Shown piece by piece: positions 21,151 through 31,926 of a DNA stretch of 31,926 bases. The DNA lies in contig NW_008246074.1 of the NCBI RefSeq assembly GCF_000281045.1, positions 958,433 through 990,358 of the forward strand, in the 5' to 3' direction. Position 1 is the first letter of the stretch, and the number at the start of each line of letters is the position of its first letter. Below the pieces are notes generated by a model. It searched no databases. It had not been told where the DNA came from and was given only the letters and a program-made list of their open reading frames with translations. This stretch comes from Saprolegnia diclina VS20 (lineage: Eukaryota). The position numbers were made by a program, and so were the translations under genes.

Positions 21151-22656
21151 ATGCTGCTCGAACCCGAACTTGTCGAGTACATTGCGGCGTACATTGCGTG
21201 CCCGTCGGCATGGCTCGCGTTCCTCTCGGCGATGCCCCGCTGGTCGCTGCGCCGCCCGCTGCAGAGCCTCCTCCGACTGTACCCGAGCGTGCTCCAGCGC
21301 GGCCCGCGCCTCGTGCTGCCCAAGATCTCGCCCGATCACGTCGAGGATATTCGTGCTGCCATGCCGCTCTACACAATCGTCGAGCTCTCCGACTGGAGCA
21401 ACGTGCGCCACGCGATCAACGTGGTCGTGCCGTCCGTGGACGTTGAGATCGCCAACGTCAAGTCGTTTGATGTGCTCTCGACCGCGATGGCGCGGTGGCC
21501 ATTGCAGCTCGTCGCGTGCAAGGTCGACATTGGACCCGAAGTGCTCTTCTCGTCACTCGACGTGGCGGCCGCGTGCGCCGAGATGCAACGCTCATGTCCG
21601 CGCCTAGCGTCCTTGGATCTATGCTGGCAGCGGCTCATGGCGCCCGCCGAGCAAGACGCGCTCGTCGCCTGCATCTGCGCGTCGTCGCAGCTCACGCACT
21701 TGCGCATTGCCTCGTTCATGGCGATCGTCTTGACCGACGACAACACATGCAAATTGGCGTCGTGGCTCGAACGCGCCCGCTGTGTGCACACGATCGCGTT
21801 CGAATCGGTAGCCTTTTCGCTCCAGTCGGAAAGCGCCGTGTGCCATGCGCTCCGGCGCCACGTGCCAACGCTACGGTCGCTCAAGCTCGCGTTCACACCG
21901 TCGCTCGCACGCGCCTTGCTCAACGGCCGGCAGCTGCCCACGTCGCTGCCACGTCTTGAAATCGTCGGCAGCATCGAGACGGTCGACATTGCGCCGTCCA
22001 TGGCGGCCATGATGGCCGAGTCGCTCGCCGAGTCGCACTTGACGCACTGCACGCTTTCGAGCAACCACTGCTTGCACAACCCGAGCGTCGCGGGCCTCAT
22101 CTTTGGCGCGTTACCGCACATGGTGTACCTCCGGCACCTCAATTTGACCTACAACGGACTCGATACGGTCGCGTGCGAGGTGCTTGCCACGACGCTGCCG
22201 AAAATACAGCACCTGGTGAGCCTCAACGTCGAAAACAACTTTTTGCGCGACGTGGGCTGCGCGATCCTGGCGACGGCGCTTCCGCACTGCGCCTCGCTCC
22301 AGACGCTGCATCTTGGTCATAACTTCATTGGCGACGTTGGCGTCCGCGCGCTCTGCATGGCGGTGCGCAGCTCGACGTCGCTGACGACGCTGACGCTGGG
22401 CGGGAACGAGGTGACGGCCGTCGGCGCCGCGCAGTTGGCGCGTTTGGTGCAAGAAGCCAAGTGCCCGACGCTGACCACGCTGGACGTGGCACTCAACCCG
22501 CACTTGCAAGTCGACGGCGTCTTGCGGCTCCTGCATGGCGTGCACCACTCGAGCGTCCAGCTCACCGTCTCGGGCTTGGCGCTGCCACCGCGTCAGCTTC
22601 GGAAATGTGTGTCCTTGATCGAGCAGCTCGAACTGCCGGCGACCTTGCTCACGTAG
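21151..22656 (+). CDS. RNI-like leucine-rich repeat protein with an F-box-like N-terminal helix
   Basis: Intronless. N-terminus MLLEPELVEYIAAYI; C-terminal LRRs LRHLNLTYNGL, LVSLNVENNFLRDVG, LQTLHLGHNFIGDVG, LTTLTLGGNEVTAVG and LTTLDVALN. Confidence 0.85.
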   Translation: MLLEPELVEYIAAYIACPSAWLAFLSAMPRWSLRRPLQSLLRLYPSVLQRGPRLVLPKISPDHVEDIRAAMPLYTIVELSDWSNVRHAINVVVPSVDVEIANVKSFDVLSTAMARWPLQLVACKVDIGPEVLFSSLDVAAACAEMQRSCPRLASLDLCWQRLMAPAEQDALVACICASSQLTHLRIASFMAIVLTDDNTCKLASWLERARCVHTIAFESVAFSLQSESAVCHALRRHVPTLRSLKLAFTPSLARALLNGRQLPTSLPRLEIVGSIETVDIAPSMAAMMAESLAESHLTHCTLSSNHCLHNPSVAGLIFGALPHMVYLRHLNLTYNGLDTVACEVLATTLPKIQHLVSLNVENNFLRDVGCAILATALPHCASLQTLHLGHNFIGDVGVRALCMAVRSSTSLTTLTLGGNEVTAVGAAQLARLVQEAKCPTLTTLDVALNPHLQVDGVLRLLHGVHHSSVQLTVSGLALPPRQLRKCVSLIEQLELPATLLT

Positions 22657-23372
22657 CACTTGGTTTCGAGTCTTGTGGTTTATATACTAAATGGTTGTTG
22701 CCATAACGTTAGTGTACATTGTACAACTTGGTCGGAGCGGACGAATCGACCAGTGACGAATGCACCAAGATAACCGAGAGCGTGGGTTGTATGCGCAGGG
22801 ACCATTGCGCGCCCAACGGTATAGTTGCCGGCGAAGAGCATGTCGTGAAGAAGTATGGGTCGCATAGGGTCCCACCGTGCAGTCGAACGATGGGCAAACA
22901 AGTAAATGCGACTGACAGCAGTGGAGGTCGCATCGGGTTGTCAAGATACGACTAAATATGGCATTTGTCGTTAAACGCGGCACATGCCACGTTTAAGAGA
23001 TTTGCTCATTTCTCTCGTTGGACGCCGCAGTCGGCAACATGAAGTAGCGCGTCGTGCTCTCCAGCATGCCCTCTATCTGTTCCTAGCGTAGGGAGGACAC
23101 TCCAAATTTCATCGTGTCTCGGTGCAAGGAGCGCATTGCGCAGCGCAGCACGCACAATGTCGTATCCGATTGGCCAAAACAATGTGGAAAAGAAACCAAT
23201 CCAAAGCCTGCATGGTATTTGGACCAATCCTCGTCCAGCGCAAACAAGCCTTTCTATTTCGTTCTATTGGGTGCTTGCTTTGTATCTCAACACGATTTCC
23301 GACTTACTAAATAGTGTATCGTACAGTATTTAAACGCTGCATATGAAATTGATGGCAATTCGGTGTTCGACG

Positions 23373-25382
23373 ATGATGCTCCGCCGGTACAGCGCCGTCA
23401 CGGACGCCGATAGCTCATGCAGCGAGCCATTAGGTGCACGAAGGAGCGGCTTGGCCGACACATGAGCGACTGGAGCCGCAAGTCGCTTCTCGAAGTTTCG
23501 CAGGCCTTGGCCGCGGGCACGACGACGGCGACGGCGCTCACGGAAGCATGCATTGCGCAGATCAATGCGACGCGCGACCTCAACATGTTTGTCGCCGACA
23601 CCTTTGAGAGCGCGCGGGCGCTCGCTGCTGCGTCCGATGCGCGGCGCGCCAGCGGTGCCGCCCGCGGCCCACTCGACGGTATCCCCGTCGGTGTCAAGGA
23701 CATTTTCTGCATGCACAACGAAGCACCGACGACGTGTGGCTCCAAGATCCTCGACGGTATGACTCCATTTCAACGTGGCGCGACTAGAGAGAGATTGCGT
23801 TCAGGTTTTCACGCGCCGTACGAGTCGACGGCGACGCAGCGCCTTCTGGACGCCGGCGCCGTGCCCCTCGGAAAGCTCAACATGGACGAGTTTGGTATGG
23901 GGTCGGCGACTAAGTACAGCACGTTTGGCGCAACCATCAACCCGTGGTCGACCAACTTGACGGACGCCGCGCTCGTCTCGGGCGGTAGCTCGGGCGCGAG
24001 CGCTGCGGCCATCGCGTCTGGCTGCTGCTTTGCGGCGCTCGGCTCCGACACTGGCGGCTCGGTGCGACAGGTACACGCGACTGCCTCCTTATAAAATCTC
24101 ATAGGAATGAATGCGGATAGCCGGCGGCGTACTGCGGTGTCACGGGCATCAAACCGAACTATGGCCGCATCTCGCGCCACGGCATGATTGCGTATGCGAG
24201 CTCGCTCGACACGCCGGCACTCTTCACTAAGACAGCACGGTACTGAGTCGTGGACGACACACGTGGCATGACTTCTCACATTGTCCGACGTATATGCCAG
24301 GGACGCGTCGCTCGTGCTGCCGCTGCTCGCGGGGCCCGACGGCAAGGACGCGACCGCGATCCAGGAGCCGATTCCAAACGCCTGGGTACGATCGATATGA
24401 TTGGCCGCTTTCGTTGACGCTAGCGTAGTGCCAACTGCCAGCGGACACGTCGAGCTTGAAGGGCTTGACGGTCGGTGTGCCGAACGAGTACTACGTCGAG
24501 GAACTTCCAGAAGCCATGCTTGCCGTGTGGGACGACGGCATCCGCCACCTTCGTGACGCCGGTGCGTCATGCGTGCTGTCTCGCCCTTGGCTCACAAGGA
24601 GGATGGCGTAGGAGCACGCGTCGTCGAGGTGTCGCTGCCGACCACCAAGTACGCGCTGCCGACGTACTACATTCTTGCGTGCGCCGAAGCGTCGTCGAAT
24701 CTCTCGCGCTACGACGGCGTCCGCTACGGCTTCCGGTGCGATCGCTCCGTTGACGCCGTGTGCTGACAACTGCTTCGTAGGGCGGCGACGACCGAGACGA
24801 GCGTCGCCGACGACTCGAACCAAGCGACAGCGCTCCACGACCTCTATTGCCGGACGCGCTCAGAAGGGTTTGGCCCCGAAGTCCAGGTAGTTGAAAAACG
24901 AAGTTCGAACCTATGACGTGGCACGCTAATAGCGCCGCATCTTGTCGGGCACGTTCGTGCTATCGGCCGGCGCGTTCAACGACTATTACGAGCGCGCAGT
25001 CATTGTGCGGCAGCGCATTCGCGACGACTTTGCCGCGACGTTTACCTCTGGCGTACGAGGCTCCTCGCTTTAACAGCATTTTGACCAAAATTAGGTCGAT
25101 GTGCTCCTGACGCCGACGACGCCCACGGGGCCCTTCTCGCTCCACGGTGCCGCCGACCCGATCGAAATGTTTATGAACGACATCATGACGATTCCTGCGA
25201 GCCTCGCAGGGCTGCCCGCGCTCTCGCTGCCGGCCGCCATCTCGGGCGGCCTTCCGCTCGGCCTCCAGCTCATTGGCGCGCCCCAGACCGAAGACCGCCT
25301 TCTCTCGGCGGCCGTCGCCCTCGAAGATCGCCTTGCATTCCGCCAGCTCATTCCGGCCCGCGTCTACGAAGGCACGCGGTAG
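23373..25382 (+). CDS. gatA: Glutamyl-tRNA(Gln) amidotransferase subunit A, mitochondrial (amidase signature family), 10 exons
   Basis: Introns at 23387-23433, 23757-23804, 24071-24120, 24240-24300, 24386-24428, 24562-24611, 24736-24780, 24887-24932 and 25053-25094. Motifs [81 protein letters not shown] and [13 protein letters not shown]. Confidence 0.95.
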
Positions 25383-26112
25383 GTCGATGCGCGAACGCAG
25401 CGGTAATAGAGACTCCTTCCACGCATGCAATGATGATCTGTCGACGCTTTTTCTCATCGCCGAATCCAAAGATCTGCGTTTTGCCATTCGAAACCAGCGC
25501 TCTGCAGCAACCACAACCCTTGCTCGGGAACGATCGGAAGTCTATCATCCGCCTGTATGCGCGCCTCGAAATACAGTAGATAGCCACGTTCATATGTACA
25601 TAGCCATGTAGATCTTATAGTCATCGCAAGCTTCTCGATCACTCGCACCCGGTATCCAAGACCGAATTCTGGCAGATCCGCAGCTGCCAATGGCCAGTGC
25701 CGACCGATCACCCAGCGGCCCGTCGTGCTTGCAAGAGCTTATTCCCCCATTTGCCTCGTCGGTCGTAACACCAACAGCAGCAGCACCACTATGCTCCTCA
25801 ACTTCCTCCTCAACCTCGGCACGAACCCCGGTGCGATCATCAAGATCCGTCGCAGCACAGGCCACGGCCACTAAGCCTCGACGCTCGCGTTCCCGCCCTC
25901 GCAGACTAGCACTCATAACATGACGTCGTTTGCAAGCTGCCTATCTCGTATCAATGTGGTCTCAGGGTGTACTACTGGCAGCTGGCGGCGGCGACGGAGT
26001 TGGTGCGGCCACGCGCTTGAGCAAGATGCTGTCCATGAGGCTGGACGAGACATAGTCGGCGCCGCCTTCGATGCTTTCTACGCATATGATAGCATTAGAT
26101 CGCATCGTTGGC

Positions 26113-26697
26113 TTAAACAGTCGTACCGATGTGGGCTGTAAACTGGTTTTGCTTGGCCATGTTGAGCTCGGCGAGGGCGAGGCGCGCCTGGTCGGCGTCT
26201 TCTGCGTGCTCGAGCACGTCTTCGTACGCCCGCTCCGTGTGGTCGACGCTTGCCACAGCGTTGTTGATGATTGAGGAGCGGCGCGAGGCCGTCGTCGCCA
26301 TCGGTGTTGCGACGAACGCCGTCGAGGCGGCCACCGTCGGCGGCGAAGGACCCGCCGCTGGCGCCGTGCCCACCGGACGCAGCGGTCGCTTCATGCTGCT
26401 AATGTTGGTGAGCTCGGACCGAATCTGATTGAGCTCGTCGAGGCCCTTTTGCAGCTCGGTTTGCATCTAGAAGCACGATACTAGTAGGTTGCACCGGTCC
26501 GTGGTGAGACCTCGTTGTACCTTGACGATCTCGCTGTCCTTGGTCGCTTCAAAGTACTCGTTCTTGGCGCGAAGTACGGCGCCGATCGAGCGACCAACGT
26601 AGCGCCCACATGACTTGGCGGCAACTGGCAGCTCCTTGCGCCCGATGAGGTAGCTGCCCGCGATGAGCGTGACGGCGACTTGCCCCCAGGTCACCAT
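26113..26697 (-). CDS. tatB: Sec-independent (twin-arginine) translocase TatB-like protein, plant mitochondrial TatB type, 2 exons
   Basis: Intron at 26467-26520. The product MVTWGQVAVTLIAGSYLIGRKELPVAAKSCGRYVGRSIG...MQTELQKGLDELNQIRSEL has a short N-terminal TM, a GxKxLP hinge, an amphipathic helix and a long tail, matching TatA/TatB family architecture. Confidence 0.75.
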
Positions 26698-26841
26698 CGC
26701 TCGCGGTTTGAGATTGCACACACTCTATTTTTGGCTAAAACACTATATTAGGTCATTAAACTATTTCAAGCTCATGCATCCAGTATTTGTATGTCGCGAT
26801 GACATCTTACACTATATTTGACATTGCACTTTCTCACGAGG

Positions 26842-28157
26842 ATGGATGCGCTGACGGGCGCGCTCCTGTCGATCGACCCGATGGCTGGGCATGCAGCTAT
26901 GAAGACACTGCAGACGACGTGCGCCTTTGAGAGCCGCAAGGAGTGCGTGGCATGGACCGGGTACGCAAGCGCTATCTTGACACGACAAGCCACACTTGTC
27001 TGTAGGTCGCTCTTGAGCTTTGCTGGATGCGGCTATCAGTTCCAGCTACTGCGACGACTCCTGGCAGCAACATGCGACGACGACAGCGAAGCTTCGTGCT
27101 CTGATAGCGGCGATGATGGCGACGACGAGGCTGCCGATCCACGCGGCCGGTGGCTGCGCGCTGCCATCGTTGCTTCCGCCGACCAGCTCGAGGCACTTTG
27201 CTCAACTGCATCGACGTGTGCAATTGCAACGCCCGGTGTGCTGTTCGAGTACCTGGCTTTTCTGCGCGCGGCGATCCCTCTTTTGGGTGCGTCGATGTTC
27301 GAGATGGCAGCGTCCTTCATTACGCTGCTATCGCTGCCGCAGCTACCGCAGTACCTCTATGTCGAGTGCATTGGCTTCCTTGACGACGTGGCCGTTACCG
27401 TCGATGACGACGACCACGACGCCAGCGCGGCGGCCTTTCTTGAGCGCTCGGTAACGTTTCTAGCCTCGGCGTTTCCAACGCTGGTCGAGCGTATTCTCAA
27501 TAGCACGCCCGTCGTCGGCGTCACCTTTTTTGTCGGTGATGCGACGACGCCGGCGCTCCAGCGGCTGCTGCTTTTTGGGTTGCGCGTTCTGCATCGAGGA
27601 CTGCGCATGCCACCGTCTATTACTCTGCAGTCCGCGCTGCATACATTGGCAAAGAGCGCAACGCGTCCAGAGAGGTTGCGGTATCTGCCTGCACTACGCG
27701 CCAAGCTCGTCGAGATCGTCGCGGACGAAGACGACGTCCTCATCAGTGCGGCACGCTTGGCGCTTGATCTGTGCGAGGCGCATGGCTCGTCGCCCATTGC
27801 CGAGGCGTTCCACCCCGTCCTTGTGTTTGACTTGGTCTGCGCAACGATTCACGACGACCATTCGGTGCTTGTCGACTGGCTCACGTCCAACGGTACTTGA
27901 TACTCTTTCAACTTGATACACTGATGGGCTTAGAAACCGATGCGCTCGCCTATTTTGTCGCGTTTTTGCGCTTTATTGACGCGTCACCGCCCACCGCGTG
28001 GCCGACTACCGTGCGCGTCACCACCATCTCAGTAGTCTTGAACGCGACGTATACGGACCTTGACAAGTACCAACGACACAATATCATCCCGTTCAACGTC
28101 GCCCCGCTGCTTCGGCGACTGCGACGCGTTCTCACACTACTCCAGTCGACGGAATGA
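26842..28157 (+). CDS. Protein Lines homolog (LINS1-like, Lines_N/Lines_C motifs)
   Basis: Introns at 27893-27933 and probably 26961-27005. Motifs ADEDDVLISAARLALDL, FHPVLVF...IHDDHSVLVDWLTSNETDALAYFVAFLRFI and IIPFNVAPLLRRL resemble the conserved Lines blocks. Confidence 0.78.
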
Positions 28158-28503
28158 CATCTTGGGCGACTCTCGTGCACGCTTGGATTTCCGATTTCGT
28201 TTCGAGCCTGCGATGCTCCGACACGCGCTCCGTATAGCCAAATTATTACCATGTAGCCAGGTTCGCAACATTAAGAGATACTTTGAGAATGAAAAGTCGC
28301 GGCAATCGGTCGGTCAATAGACAAAGTCAATTTTAGCGCTTTCGTAACCCATCGTCTACTAAATTTGCTACAAATCAGGAATTACGCGGTCACTCACACT
28401 GCATTTTACATCAATAATCTAAACCTGTTTCACTACCTTGAAACCTTGATAGTTTGTCACCATGTCGTGTCGGCTCGAGACAATAATGTAGTGTCCGATC
28501 GTC

Positions 28504-29235
28504 TCAAGACAACTTGGTACTACTTTGGTTGGGTCGACGGCTCTTGAAGCAGACAAGGCCGGCGACGGCGGCACCGAAACCTAGCCGTGGCAACCACCAC
28601 GGTGGTGCCATCCTGTAGCGTCTCAAAGGTGGGGCGCATCGGCGGTCGCAAAGGGCGCGTGAACGTACGTGAGAACCGCCGCTTCCTCCCAGTCGGTCGT
28701 CGATCGGGCAACGACCGAGTTTGGTGCGTGTGTCTCCTTCGTCATCCTCTTCGTAACCTCGTTCTCGCGCAACCTTCATCAAGGGCCGTTCGAGATACCA
28801 TATGAGCCGACGTCGGACGACTACTTGTAAAAATAGTCCTCTTCGATTATCATGACTGTACGCATTGCGGGCATTCGTCTTGTGAAGGCCACGCCGAGCG
28901 CGCGACGCTGTTGATGGCGTTGTGCAGTCGCAAAGTGATCGCGGCTTGCGGCGCGTGCTGGAGTATCTCCAGTGTCTCGATCGAATGGTACCTCTCTAGG
29001 AAGGCACTACGTCCTTCATCAGCATCACAGACAATCGACATATCGGTCGTACCGGCACGGCGGACAGTGCCCAAAGTGCTGCATGAACAGCTGCAGCGCC
29101 GGTGCGAGGCGAGCCGCGACAGGCGAGAGACTCATGCGGTGGAGCAGCATCCAGAGACCGCAGTTGTACGACGTACACGCCAAGTACGTCGTGCCGTCGC
29201 TGTGGAAAAGAGCGTCGTCGGTGCTCGCGGCCCAC
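28504..29235 (-). pseudogene. Degraded QSOX/ERV-ALR type sulfhydryl oxidase (ERV domain and C-terminal membrane anchor remnant)
   Basis: CTSYNCGLWMLLH...FMQHFGHCPPCR, intron 29007-29052, AFLE...LRLHNAIN...WPSQDECPQC, then DWEEAAVLTYV near 28660-28694. In-frame TGA TGA at 28776-28781, TGA at 28623-28625, and a hydrophobic tail in another frame. No thioredoxin domain found upstream. Confidence 0.65.
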
Positions 29236-30285
29236 TGCACCAGCAATTGCAATACTAGTACCTTGTACAGAATTGGGCTGCGCAAATTGCTTCGATAGAC
29301 AGCCGTATTGACCAGACATAATTGGGCTGAAACCCAGATTGCACCACCAGCGGCCTCCCACATGAGAGACGGCATTTGGTGTGGCGGACATGATATAGAG
29401 TTTGCTTTCTACAGACTTTACCGACTTTGTCGTCACGGGCCTCACCCGCGGCCACAAGCGTCGTAGGGCGACGACAGAAGAGCCAGACGAGCCGCGCCGC
29501 CGCCTGCGCAGCCACGGACCGGCGAGCGAATAAAGAAGAAGGGGATTGCTAGTCTCTACGTATTAAGTCTTTGTGTAATTATGAAGATAACGCGAAACAC
29601 GTTCATATATATGTAGGCGAGGTGTTTGCGCCTTGCAGGTGAGTGTTAGCGCAGCCAGTGACCGGCGAGGCGATTTCAAAATAGGACCCTCCGTTCTCAT
29701 CAAGGGTCGGTAGAGGCCACCATGTACATTTTTGCCAAAATGCAATAAACGGGTCAGGGTTTGCCGATGCTGCGAAGCTTACATTTGGCGCTTGACGCCA
29801 GAGATCTACGAGTTGATCGCGGCTATTTCAGATCCAAGTCATTTAAAAAAGAGGTGATCGCATAGCTACACTGGCACACTACGTGAATTGAACCTAGAAT
29901 GGATAGGTTGACATCACTGTGTGGGAAGGGAGTGCAGAACGCAGGCATGAAGGCGTGTTGACACACATCGTGTTGACGGCCCGCGATGGGGTGTAAACTT
30001 CGGTTTTGCACCTTCGATTTGATCGAATTACTTCGAATGGCGTCGTCACGCGGTAAAAAACCTCTTGCACCGCATAGTGTACAATCTCCCCACCTGAGCG
30101 ACAGATGCAAACCTCTAAACGCTTATAAGATATCCCACTCCGTGACCTTGCTCACACTAGCTGACCGCGACGCTAATCACGAAGTCTCGGCGGGGTTAGG
30201 GGTGGTAAGGTTGCGTTTCCGAGAGCCAACGTCGAGGCCGACGTTGCTTCTCACAATTTGATTTGCTTTGCATCGGATACATTCG

Positions 30286-31926
30286 ATGAAGAACCACCAA
30301 GACAACGACCAGTACGCCATGGCGACGACGCCGACAGGAGCCGCTGCGATCGACGTAGCGGCGCTCGAGCCCGAGCCAACGATGTCGTTCGTGTCGCTGT
30401 ACCGGTACGGCAACGCAGGCGACGCGGCCTTGATTGGCAGTGGTGTCTGCATGTCGATCGTCAACGGCGCCACGTTTCCCTTCATGGCCATCCTCTTTGG
30501 TGACGCGCTCAACCACTTTTCGACCAACAACCAATCGGCAGTCAACGACACCGCGCTCAACTTCCTCATCCTCTCGTTCGTGCTGCTTCTTTCCGGCTAC
30601 GGCTCGTACGCGTGCTTTGCTATTTCCGCCGAGCGTCAAATGCGGTCGCTGCGCCGCGAGGTGCTCAAGCATGTTTTGTACCAAGAGATCTCGTGGTACG
30701 ACCAGCGCGACGCAAGCGAGCTCGCCTCGCGCATCTCGGGCGACACTGTCAAGATCAAGGAAGGCATGGGCGAGAAGCTCGGCGAAGCCTTTCGCTACGT
30801 CGTCCAGTTCTTTGCGGGCTACGCGATCGGCTTTTACAAGGGCTGGAACCTCTCGCTCGCCATGTGCGCCGTCATGCCGATCATGGCCATCTCGCTCACT
30901 TTTCTCATCAAGCGTCTGCACGAGTCCACGGCCCGCAGTCAGAAGGTGTATGCTACCGCCGGTGCTGTCGCTGAGGAGACCATTGGTGCCATGCGCACCG
31001 TCGCGTCGCTCAACGCTGAGCCGCGCGCAATTGAAAAGTATGGCGAGAACGTCCAGAAGGCTGAAGACGAGGCGGTCAAGCTTGCCACGTTTGTCGCCTT
31101 TACGTCCGCACTGTTCATCATGAGCATGTGGCTCACCTATGCGGTCGGGCTCTGGTACGGCGGCTACCTCGTCAAGGACCAGTCGGGCACAGTCAACACA
31201 CCCGGGGACGTCTTCTCCGTCTTCTATGGCATCCTTCTGGGCACGATGGCGATCTCGCAGATCTCACCCAACATCTCGGCCGTGGCCTCTGCCAAGGGTG
31301 CAGCGTCAGCTCTCTACCAAATCCTCGACCGCCCGTCCAAGATCAACGCGGCCAACCTCGAGGGCGACGTGCCACCGTACTGCAACGGCAAGGTTGAGGC
31401 CCGCGATTTGGTGTTTTCGTATCCGACGCGCCCTGAAGACGTTGTCCTGCGCGGCTACTCGCTCACGATCGAGCAAGGCCAGACGGTTGCGCTTGTCGGC
31501 TCGTCCGGCTCGGGCAAGAGCACGCTTGTCGCCCTCCTTGAGCGCTTTTACGAACCCACGAGCGGCCAGATCCTCCTCGACGGCCGCGACATCTCGTCGC
31601 TCCAGCTCAAGTGGCTTCGGTCGCAGATCGGCCTCGTGTCCCAGGAACCCGTCCTCTTTGCGACGACGATCCTCGAAAACATTGCGGCCGGCGGCGACAA
31701 CATCTCCAAGGACGAGGTGGTCGCGGCCGCGAAGCTCGCCAACGCCCACGACTTTATCATGAGCCTTCCGAACCAGTACGACACCATGTGCGGCGAGAAG
31801 GGCACGACGTTGTCCGGTGGCCAAAAGCAGCGCGTCGCGATCGCCCGAGCGCTCGTGCGGCAGCCCAAGATCCTCGTGCTCGACGAAGCCACGTCGGCGC
31901 TCGACAACGAGAGCGAGCGCGTCGTG
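30286..31926 (+). CDS. ABC transporter subfamily B (MDR/P-glycoprotein type), 5' part, truncated by the window end
   Basis: Open frame from the ATG at 30286, missed by the ORF track because there is no stop in the window. It has SFVSLYRY, TMD1, ELASRISGD, Walker A GSSGSGKST, Q-loop IGLVSQEPVLF, signature LSGGQKQR and Walker B ILVLDEATSALD. Confidence 0.95.
   Translation, partial: MKNHQDNDQYAMATTPTGAAAIDVAALEPEPTMSFVSLYRYGNAGDAALIGSGVCMSIVNGATFPFMAILFGDALNHFSTNNQSAVNDTALNFLILSFVLLLSGYGSYACFAISAERQMRSLRREVLKHVLYQEISWYDQRDASELASRISGDTVKIKEGMGEKLGEAFRYVVQFFAGYAIGFYKGWNLSLAMCAVMPIMAISLTFLIKRLHESTARSQKVYATAGAVAEETIGAMRTVASLNAEPRAIEKYGENVQKAEDEAVKLATFVAFTSALFIMSMWLTYAVGLWYGGYLVKDQSGTVNTPGDVFSVFYGILLGTMAISQISPNISAVASAKGAASALYQILDRPSKINAANLEGDVPPYCNGKVEARDLVFSYPTRPEDVVLRGYSLTIEQGQTVALVGSSGSGKSTLVALLERFYEPTSGQILLDGRDISSLQLKWLRSQIGLVSQEPVLFATTILENIAAGGDNISKDEVVAAAKLANAHDFIMSLPNQYDTMCGEKGTTLSGGQKQRVAIARALVRQPKILVLDEATSALDNESERVV

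Noticed and set aside
25690..26100. Short ORFs between gatA and the TatB-like gene, including MLLNFLLNLGTNPG (faintly ankyrin-like)
   Set aside because: Too short and low-complexity, with no sustained homology.
29520..30285. AT-richer region upstream of the ABCB gene, examined for transposon ends, tRNA or ncRNA
   Set aside because: No terminal repeats, cloverleaf or coding signal found. Treated as promoter or intergenic DNA.

Overview
Eukaryotic, gene-dense, GC-rich genomic DNA with short (about 42-61 nt) GT-AG introns. The style (tiny introns, oomycete-like Inr/FPR core promoters, RNI-type LRR gene) suggests an oomycete, probably Saprolegniales; this is inference. Genes from left to right: intronless FAD-dependent oxidoreductase of the COG2907 type (+), small SET-domain protein (-), METTL18/Hpm1 histidine methyltransferase (-), intronless OB-fold/zinc-ribbon protein resembling shieldin subunit SHLD2 (-), CAK assembly factor MAT1 (+), a 74-aa micro-ORF (+), a very large SZT2 (KICSTOR) gene (+), a four-module EF-hand protein (-), an RNI-like LRR protein (+), mitochondrial GatA (+), a nucleus-encoded plant-type mitochondrial TatB-like protein (-), a Lines (LINS1) homolog (+), a degraded QSOX/ERV sulfhydryl oxidase (-), and the 5' half of an ABCB/MDR transporter (+) that runs off the window. 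The most notable items are the SHLD2-like and mtTatB-like genes. No RNA genes, CRISPR arrays or clear transposons were seen. All homology calls come from motif recall, not database searches.
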